From Calditrichia bacterium (GTDB lineage: Bacteria > Calditrichota > Calditrichia > RBG-13-44-9 > J075): DNA of 13,100 nt. Shown here in pieces: positions 1-6,255 of the stretch. The DNA is taken from contig JBOEGD010000016.1 in NCBI GenBank assembly GCA_050633245.1, positions 197,439 through 210,538 on the forward strand, read 5' to 3'. The notes under the pieces are model-generated. The model was not told where the DNA came from and did not search any database. It was given only the letters and a program-made list of their open reading frames with translations. Positions within the stretch are counted from its first letter, which is position 1, and the number at the start of each line of letters is the position of its first letter. Position numbers and translations under genes: made by a program.

Positions 1-234
1 CATCGCACTTGTCGAAGCCGTTGATGCTTTGGTCAGTTCAATAAATAGCACAATAAGCGCTATCGCGATAAAAATTTCGCTAAAATTCAATGCAATCAGC
101 TCGCCGGATGGCAGCGTAAACTCTACCTGGTGTTGCTTCCAAATTTGAGCGCGCTCCCCCAGGTAACCCAGATTAATCATGTTATACGCTACTAGAACAA
201 TTCCCATTAGCGGCACGGTTCTAACTAAACCCAT
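1..234 (-). CDS. Hypothetical membrane protein, N-terminal part (runs off the window edge)
   Basis: Not in the ORF track. My translation from the ATG at 234 is open to position 1: MGLVRTVPLMGIVLVAYNMINLGYLGERAQIWKQHQVEFTLPSGELIALNFSEIFIAIALIVLFIELTKASTASTSAM. It has two hydrophobic segments, and a GAGGA SD lies 5 nt upstream of the ATG. Confidence 0.8.
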   Translation of the reverse strand, partial: MGLVRTVPLMGIVLVAYNMINLGYLGERAQIWKQHQVEFTLPSGELIALNFSEIFIAIALIVLFIELTKASTASTSAM

Positions 235-311
235 ATCTTTCCTCAATCATTTTAAGTTGTATCAATTCCAGTTCCCTCTCCCAACCGGTCGGAGCAAACG
301 TATCTTTCCCG

Positions 312-1211
312 CTACATGAGCCATCCTACAGAGAATAAGATTCCATAGATCAACAAAAGTTGGCCAGTTGCAGCCAGCACACCATTTAGGATTGGTGAAG
401 CCTGATAGCGCATGACTCTTTTAACAGGTGGAATAACCAGCGGAATAATAAGCCAGGTTAATAGAATCCAATAATGTTCACCTGTCTGATAAACAAGAAT
501 CACTGGTATGATTAGCGGAGCAGCGATCGACAACACATATTCGAATCTCACCATGCCAACGCCAAACCGCACCGCCAGCGTGCGCTTTCCGCTCGCACGA
601 TCTGTTTCGACATCCCGCAAATTGTTTACGGCAAGCAGTCCACAAGACAAAAATCCCGGAGCAAAACCAGCGAGTAGAACTTCCGGAGTTATGCTCAATG
701 CCTGTACAAAATAGGTGCCGCCGACCGCTACCGGTCCGAAGAAAATGAGCACAAACAAATCGGCCCAACCATTGTAGCCCAACGGATAGGGGCCACCGGT
801 ATAAAGAATACCAAACAAAATTGAAAGAACGCCGATTAACAAGATTGGCCAACCGCCGCGCCAGACAAGATATTGTCCCATTAAGAAGACAATCATAAAA
901 ACCAAAATAAATGCCCACTTTATCTGCTCTGGTGCAACAAGACCAGCCTGAGTCACCCGGGTCGGTCCGAGACGATCTTCGGTGTCAGCCCCCTTCTTAA
1001 AGTCGTAAAAATCATTGGCGAAGTTGGTGCCAACCTGAATTAACAATGCTCCAAGTAGCGCAACTACGGCAGATGGCCAGTGAGTCAACCCATCATAGTA
1101 TGCCATTGAGATCCCCATCAGCACAGGCGCCAGTGCAGCCCCTAATGTCTTGGGTCTTGTGGCAAGAATCCAAATTTTCCATGAAGGCATAGATTGTATG
1201 GTATCAGGCAT
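312..1211 (-). CDS. menA: 1,4-dihydroxy-2-naphthoate polyprenyltransferase (UbiA family)
   Basis: ATRPKTL N-terminal motif, Asp-rich motifs NFANDFYDFKKGAD and NNLRDVETDRASGKRTLAVRFG, YTGGPYPLGYNG, multiple TM helices. Confidence 0.95.
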   Translation of the reverse strand: MPDTIQSMPSWKIWILATRPKTLGAALAPVLMGISMAYYDGLTHWPSAVVALLGALLIQVGTNFANDFYDFKKGADTEDRLGPTRVTQAGLVAPEQIKWAFILVFMIVFLMGQYLVWRGGWPILLIGVLSILFGILYTGGPYPLGYNGWADLFVLIFFGPVAVGGTYFVQALSITPEVLLAGFAPGFLSCGLLAVNNLRDVETDRASGKRTLAVRFGVGMVRFEYVLSIAAPLIIPVILVYQTGEHYWILLTWLIIPLVIPPVKRVMRYQASPILNGVLAATGQLLLIYGILFSVGWLM

Positions 1212-1227
1212 CAGATAAATCCATTAA

Positions 1228-2016
1228 TCAAAAAACTTTATTCAACACCGTTTGCAGTGTAGTTACAAAAAGTTTCGTATTCTCCAAGTGGCAATTATGC
1301 CCACAGTTTGGAAATACGTTGATAGACGCCCCGGGATTAAGCTGCTGCATTTCCTCGGCAATCTGTATGAATTTAGCATCTTTTTCGCCAACGAACAAAA
1401 AAAGAGGGAGAATAATTTCAGCAAGTTGATTCCAAAGAGATGGTTGAACACCGGTGCCCAATTCTCTAAGTGAGCGAGCAACTGCGGAAACATTATTTTT
1501 GCTTCTTTTTTGCAGCAGGTGAGCTTTTTGGGTTTCTGTGAGAGTCTCTGAAAATAACGGCATATTATACCAGGATTTCAGGAAACCCTGCAGTCCTGTT
1601 TTTTCCAGCATGGCTGCACGATCATAATCCACTCGTCTCCTGGCGCTACGCTCTTTGGCATTTTCCAAGCCCGGTGAGGCTGATTCCAAGACGATTCCCG
1701 CAAAGCGATCGGGAAATTTAATAGCCAAATATAGCGCCACTCGCCCACCCATGGAGTAACCGGTCAAGACACATTTTTCGATACTGTGACTATCCAGCAC
1801 ATCGATACATGCAGCAGCTGTCGATTCAATGTCCCAACAGTTTCCATCCCAGATTGCACTGTCACCATGCCCGGGCAAATCGATTGTTAAGCAACCATGC
1901 CTTGGTTGAAGCTCTTTGCAAATGGACCGCCAGTCTTCACCGCATCCCATGAAGCCATGAAGAAATAAAACGACCGGGCCTGAAAGGTCTCCATAGGAAC
2001 GAGAGGCGAGCATCAT
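1228..2016 (-). CDS. menH: 2-succinyl-6-hydroxy-2,4-cyclohexadiene-1-carboxylate synthase (alpha/beta hydrolase)
   Basis: FLHGFMG, IDLPGHG, nucleophile elbow GYSMGGR, LESASPGL...R..RR..D, GEKDAKF and GHNCH are characteristic of MenH. Adjacent to menA. Confidence 0.88.
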   Translation of the reverse strand: MMLASRSYGDLSGPVVLFLHGFMGCGEDWRSICKELQPRHGCLTIDLPGHGDSAIWDGNCWDIESTAAACIDVLDSHSIEKCVLTGYSMGGRVALYLAIKFPDRFAGIVLESASPGLENAKERSARRRVDYDRAAMLEKTGLQGFLKSWYNMPLFSETLTETQKAHLLQKRSKNNVSAVARSLRELGTGVQPSLWNQLAEIILPLFLFVGEKDAKFIQIAEEMQQLNPGASINVFPNCGHNCHLENTKLFVTTLQTVLNKVF

Positions 2017-2609
2017 GTTTTAGCAGAATCCGAATGGGAAAAGGATTTTCTTGCAAGCGTGTAAATAAGAGCTACCAGCAGAATTTTGCTTTTATCGGCA
2101 GGTATAAATAGAAACCAGCCATCATGCATCGCAGACCATAACGAATAATCATCAATTGCAGCGCTTAGCCAGTTCACGCCGCAAAAGAACAAGAGGAGTG
2201 ATCCCATCTCAATAGATATAAGACTTCCAACAAACGAATTCCAGCGTATTGAACAATAGCCGATGAGTGCTGAGACCAGTGGAAAAGCAAGTAGATAGCC
2301 ACTGGAAACCCGACTGGTTATATAGGCAAACCCGACGCCATCACCAGCAGTGACCGGTACGAAAAGACCGGCAATAAGATAGAGCAGTTGTGAGAGGAAT
2401 CCATAAAGCGGCCCTAAAAACAGACCGCTTCCATAAACGCCCAGCGTTTGCAGCGTCGTTGGCACGCTACCGGCAGCTATTTCAACTTTAGCGCCAATTG
2501 CAGTAATTGCAGCGAATCCGAATACCGTAAGCAGTTTACCCAGAGGGCTTAGGCTGCCGTCACGCAGCCTGTCTATTGTCGAACGTATTGCAGAGGTTAA
2601 TGACAGCAA
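2013..2609 (-). CDS. bioY: Biotin transporter BioY (ECF S-component)
   Basis: VPTTLQT, GLFLG..YGFLSQLLYL..GL, GYLLAF and the C-terminal FIPADKSK (D-x-x-K) motifs. TTG start with a GAGGAG SD inside the 3' end of the upstream gene. Stop overlaps the menH start (ATGA). Confidence 0.88.
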   Translation of the reverse strand: MLSLTSAIRSTIDRLRDGSLSPLGKLLTVFGFAAITAIGAKVEIAAGSVPTTLQTLGVYGSGLFLGPLYGFLSQLLYLIAGLFVPVTAGDGVGFAYITSRVSSGYLLAFPLVSALIGYCSIRWNSFVGSLISIEMGSLLLFFCGVNWLSAAIDDYSLWSAMHDGWFLFIPADKSKILLVALIYTLARKSFSHSDSAKT

Positions 2610-2611
2610 TT

Positions 2612-4738
2612 CTACTCCTCTATTCCGGCGAGGTCGAGCAAGAAGGCATACTCAAGAGCCGTTTCGCGATAGACCTCAAAACGCCCCGAAGCCCCACCGT
2701 GACCGGCATCCATCTCTGTATTCAACAGCAGTATATTGTCGTCGGTCTTTAACTCACGCAGCTTGGCTACCCATTTCGCCGGCTCCCAATATTGCACCTG
2801 CGAATCATGGAGACCGGTTGTAACCAACAGGTTCGGATACTCTTTTGCCGTAACGTTATCATAAGGCGAATAAGAGAGCATATACTCGTAGTATTCTTTT
2901 ACATTCGGGTTACCCCACTCATCATACTCCCCGGTTGTTAGTGGAATATCTTCATCGAGCATCGTGGTAACCACGTCAACAAAAGGCACTGCAGCTATGA
3001 CGCCGTTAAACAAATCCGGACGCATATTAATAACTGCACCAATAAGTAAACCACCTGCACTGCCCCCCAGACCAAATAATTTGTCCGGAGCACAATAGTT
3101 TTGCTTCACCAAAAAGTCGCCGCTATCGATAAAGTCAGTGAACGTGTTGACCTTCTTCAGCAACTTGCCGTTTTCGTACCAATCACGCCCCATTTCTTGT
3201 CCACCGCGAATATGAGCAATGGCGAATACAAAGCCGCGATCGAGCAGACTAACAACGGTATTGCGAAAGTACGCTTCCATGCTGGAGCCATAAGAACCAT
3301 ATCCGTAAAGCAGCAGCGGATTCTTTCCGTCCCGCTTAACATCCTTACGATGGACTAATGATATTGGAATCTTGGTGCCGTCAGTTGCAGTTGCTTCTAA
3401 TCTGGATGTCACATACTGCGAGGCATCGAATCCACCGAGCACTTCGGTTTGCTTCAACACGGCTTTCTCTTTTGTTCGCATATCATATTCATATGTCGTC
3501 ATTGGTGTCGTCAGGGAGCTATAGCGGTAGCGAAGTTTTTCCGTATCAAAATCGACATTCGTCGTGGTTGCGGCATAGTACGCCGGCTCATCAAATGCCA
3601 TGTAGTGTTCTTTTTTACTGTTCTGCTCCATAATCCGAAGCTGGCGTAATCCGCCTTTGCGTTCACTTAAGACCAGAAAGTTTTTAAATATGTCGATATC
3701 AGATAGCAAAACATCTTCCCGGTGTGCAATAATCTCTTGCCAATTTTCGATGCCGGGACGACTGATTGGCGTACGCATTAAGCGAAAATTTTTGGCTTTA
3801 TCGTTTGTAAGGATATAGAAATTATCCCCATAGTGCCAGACATCGTACTCAAGATTAGCCGTACGTGGTTGCACCAATTTAAACTTGCCATTGGGGTCGG
3901 AGGCGTCAAGGAAACGATATTCATGAGAAAGCGTACTAAATGAAGCGATAAAAAGATATTTACGCGACTTTGAGAGATAAACATAAGAGTAGAACGTCGC
4001 ATCATCTTCTTCATACACTACGGTATCATCTGTTTCACCCAGCGTGTGTCGGCTAATTTTATATGCACGAAGCGTATGATCTTTTGAGGTATAGAAAAAC
4101 GTCTTATTGTCCGCCGCCCAAGCAGTCGATCCGGTTGTGTTCGTAATCCGATCTTTATAAATTTCACCAGTAGTCAAATTTTTAACGTGAATGGTATACT
4201 GACGACGACTGACAGAATCGACGCCGAACGCCAACAGGTTGTTGTCATCACTAATGCTTAGACCTCCAACCTTGTAATAAGAATGCCCCTCTGCCAGCTC
4301 ATTCACATCCAGCATAACTTCTTCTTTCGCATCCATCGAACCCGGTTTGCGGCAATAAATTGGATATTCCTTACCGGCTTCGTATCGCGTATAATAGTGA
4401 TATCCGCGCTCAAAATACGGCACGCTGCTATCGTCTTTCTTAATGCGACCAACGATCTCATTAAACAACGTTTCCTGGAGCGGTTCGGTATGCTTCATTT
4501 TTGCTTCAGTATAGCTGTTTTCCGCTTCGAGGTAGGCAATAACTTCGGGGTTTTCGCGTTCTTTTAGCCAAAAGTAATTGTCGATACGTTCATGGCCATG
4601 TGCTTCAAGTGTTTTTGGCTGTGGGGCAGCATTTGGGGCTTTCATAGCAGACATGCTCTTCTCCTGACATCCGATAAGCAACAGTAGCATTGTTAATAAA
4701 CCAATGCTTGCGCTAAAGATCCATTTCATAGTATTCAT
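2612..4738 (-). CDS. ptrB: Oligopeptidase B / protease II (S9A), predicted lipoprotein
   Basis: HGHERIDNYFWL, YLEAENSYT, LYGYGSYG, HIRGGQEMGRDWYENGK, catalytic GGSAGG / HDSQV / AGHGG, PLTTGEYDEWGNP. Signal peptide ends in the lipobox-like LIGC (Cys24). Confidence 0.95.
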   Translation of the reverse strand: MNTMKWIFSASIGLLTMLLLLIGCQEKSMSAMKAPNAAPQPKTLEAHGHERIDNYFWLKERENPEVIAYLEAENSYTEAKMKHTEPLQETLFNEIVGRIKKDDSSVPYFERGYHYYTRYEAGKEYPIYCRKPGSMDAKEEVMLDVNELAEGHSYYKVGGLSISDDNNLLAFGVDSVSRRQYTIHVKNLTTGEIYKDRITNTTGSTAWAADNKTFFYTSKDHTLRAYKISRHTLGETDDTVVYEEDDATFYSYVYLSKSRKYLFIASFSTLSHEYRFLDASDPNGKFKLVQPRTANLEYDVWHYGDNFYILTNDKAKNFRLMRTPISRPGIENWQEIIAHREDVLLSDIDIFKNFLVLSERKGGLRQLRIMEQNSKKEHYMAFDEPAYYAATTTNVDFDTEKLRYRYSSLTTPMTTYEYDMRTKEKAVLKQTEVLGGFDASQYVTSRLEATATDGTKIPISLVHRKDVKRDGKNPLLLYGYGSYGSSMEAYFRNTVVSLLDRGFVFAIAHIRGGQEMGRDWYENGKLLKKVNTFTDFIDSGDFLVKQNYCAPDKLFGLGGSAGGLLIGAVINMRPDLFNGVIAAVPFVDVVTTMLDEDIPLTTGEYDEWGNPNVKEYYEYMLSYSPYDNVTAKEYPNLLVTTGLHDSQVQYWEPAKWVAKLRELKTDDNILLLNTEMDAGHGGASGRFEVYRETALEYAFLLDLAGIEE

Positions 4739-4803
4739 ACTCTATCCTGACGATTTGGGGTTGTAGGGAGGCGAAAACGCTTCACTGTCCTTTCGCCAAG
4801 CTT

Positions 4804-4822
4804 TTTGCAACATCGTTGCAAA
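4804..4822. promoter_or_regulatory. Perfect 8-3-8 palindrome TTTGCAAC-ATC-GTTGCAAA, candidate operator of the adjacent Fur-family regulator
   Basis: Read directly from the sequence. It lies in the divergent intergenic region 67 nt upstream of the Fur-family gene, and its right arm contains the -35 hexamer of the predicted fur promoter. Confidence 0.75.
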
Positions 4823-4844
4823 TATCTCAAAAACTGTTTATTAT
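4816..4844 (+). promoter_or_regulatory. Sigma70-type promoter for the fur-QC unit
   Basis: TTGCAA (4816-4821), 17-nt spacer, TATTAT (4839-4844). Confidence 0.6.
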
Positions 4845-4867
4845 ATCAATGTCTATCCAAGATTCAA
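4840..4867 (-). promoter_or_regulatory. Sigma70-type extended -10 promoter for the ptrB-bioY-menH-menA unit
   Basis: Minus strand: TTGAAT (4867-4862), 16-nt spacer ending in TGA, then a perfect TATAAT (4845-4840), i.e. TGnTATAAT. Confidence 0.65.
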
Positions 4868-4889
4868 AAAAAAATATACGATTGCTGTA

Positions 4890-5351
4890 ATGGAACATAT
4901 AAAAGACACGCTTAAACGCAAACTAAAACATCATCAGATTCGAGCAACCTCGATTCGGCTGGACATTTTAGCACTGTTCCACAACAGCAGCTTTGCGCTA
5001 TCCCATGCCGACGTAACTGCAGGCCTTCCCGCTGAAACCGATCGCGTGACGATCTATCGAACGCTGACAACTTTTTTGGCGCAGGGCCTGATTCACAAAA
5101 TAAGCGATGACAGCAATACAGCCAAATACGCGCTCTGTAGCGGAGATAATTGTCATGGTGGCCACCACGAAGATCAACACCTGCATTTTCGCTGCAGTAT
5201 CTGCTGCCACACCTTTTGTATCGAACCGGTTCAAATACCCAGCATCTCGCTACCGTTAGGATACAATCTGCAAAATATTACCATGACTGCGGAAGGCGTT
5301 TGTCAAGATTGTAATAGTCAAGACGAACGCTATAAGGAGAAGATCTCTTGA
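4890..5351 (+). CDS. Fur-family transcriptional regulator (Zur-like by inference)
   Basis: IRATSIRLDIL N-terminal helix, DRVTIYRTL recognition helix, GLIHKI, His-rich CHGGHHEDQHLHFRC, two CxxC motifs (CSIC, CQDC). Confidence 0.93.
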   Translation: MEHIKDTLKRKLKHHQIRATSIRLDILALFHNSSFALSHADVTAGLPAETDRVTIYRTLTTFLAQGLIHKISDDSNTAKYALCSGDNCHGGHHEDQHLHFRCSICCHTFCIEPVQIPSISLPLGYNLQNITMTAEGVCQDCNSQDERYKEKIS

Positions 5352-6130
5352 TTCGTTATCACGTACGACTGCTACTATGCATACTGTCTTCCGGGCTTAT
5401 TGTGACTCTATTTGCTCAAGCGAAAAAAACGCCCTTTTCCGCGAAGCAACTTTCCTTGTCTATCGTAAAGTCTTATCCACATGATGAAACCGCCTATACT
5501 CAGGGGCTTATTTTTCACGACAATTTACTTTACGAGGGCACTGGTCAACGAGGATCTTCCACGCTTCGCAAAGTAAAGTTGAACAATGGTGTCGTTTTAC
5601 AAATGCACCAGCTGGAAGACCAGTTTTTTGGCGAAGGTGTAACGATTTTGCACGATAAAATCTATCAGCTAACCTGGGAATCCAATATCGGCTTCATCTA
5701 CGACCTAAGTAGCTTTCAGCTGATTGAGCAAATTTACTATCCCACCGAGGGTTGGGGACTCACAACTGATCAAACGAATCTTATTCTCAGTGATGGTAGC
5801 GAGTTCCTCTACTGGTATGACCCCGCTTCATTTAGCGAGGTCTCCAGCCTCAGAGTGCACGACAACGGCATGCCGGTTAAAGGCCTGAATGAACTTGAAT
5901 ATGTGAATGGACAGATATTCGCAAACGTCTATCCAACCGATTACATTGTGCGCATCGATGCCACATCCGGGGAAGTTACCGGCTGGCTGGATTGCAGCAG
6001 TCTGCTTACAAGCGCAGAGCGGCGCTATGCAGAAGTCTTAAACGGCATTGCTTACAATGATAGAACAGAACATTTTTATCTTACAGGAAAATTTTGGCCT
6101 GTTCTGCACGAGGTTCAGATCACCGAATAA
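5348..6130 (+). CDS. Glutaminyl-peptide cyclotransferase (type I, plant/bacterial beta-propeller QC), secreted
   Basis: YPHD..AYTQGL, LYEGTG, FFGEG, QLTW, EGWGLT, SDGS, LNELE, VLNGIAY and TGKFWP motifs. TTG start overlaps the fur stop (TTGA), with an AAGGAG SD at 5334-5339. N-terminal signal peptide. Confidence 0.93.
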   Translation: MIRYHVRLLLCILSSGLIVTLFAQAKKTPFSAKQLSLSIVKSYPHDETAYTQGLIFHDNLLYEGTGQRGSSTLRKVKLNNGVVLQMHQLEDQFFGEGVTILHDKIYQLTWESNIGFIYDLSSFQLIEQIYYPTEGWGLTTDQTNLILSDGSEFLYWYDPASFSEVSSLRVHDNGMPVKGLNELEYVNGQIFANVYPTDYIVRIDATSGEVTGWLDCSSLLTSAERRYAEVLNGIAYNDRTEHFYLTGKFWPVLHEVQITE

Positions 6131-6148
6131 GGCTCGATACGCCTATCT

Positions 6149-6177
6149 TTGCATTTCAGATCCTGAACCGATATATT
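6149..6177 (+). promoter_or_regulatory. Sigma70-type promoter for the S9 peptidase
   Basis: TTGCAT (6149-6154), 17-nt spacer, TATATT (6172-6177), located in the 125-nt gap after the QC stop. Confidence 0.55.
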
Positions 6178-6255
6178 TCACTTCCCGCCGCAGCAAGCAA
6201 CTCAAATCTAAGCGTTCTAACGCGAATTGATGACTTTTCACTTCTTGGAGAAAAT

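Noticed and set aside
234-309. 9-nt direct repeat TATCTTTCC at both ends of the menA downstream gap
   Set aside because: Short, one copy is simply the SD/start region, and nothing mobile lies between the copies.
6094-6255. N-terminal extension of the 978-aa ORF from a TTG at 6094
   Set aside because: It overlaps the QC 3' end and a likely promoter. The SD and signal peptide point to ATG 6256.
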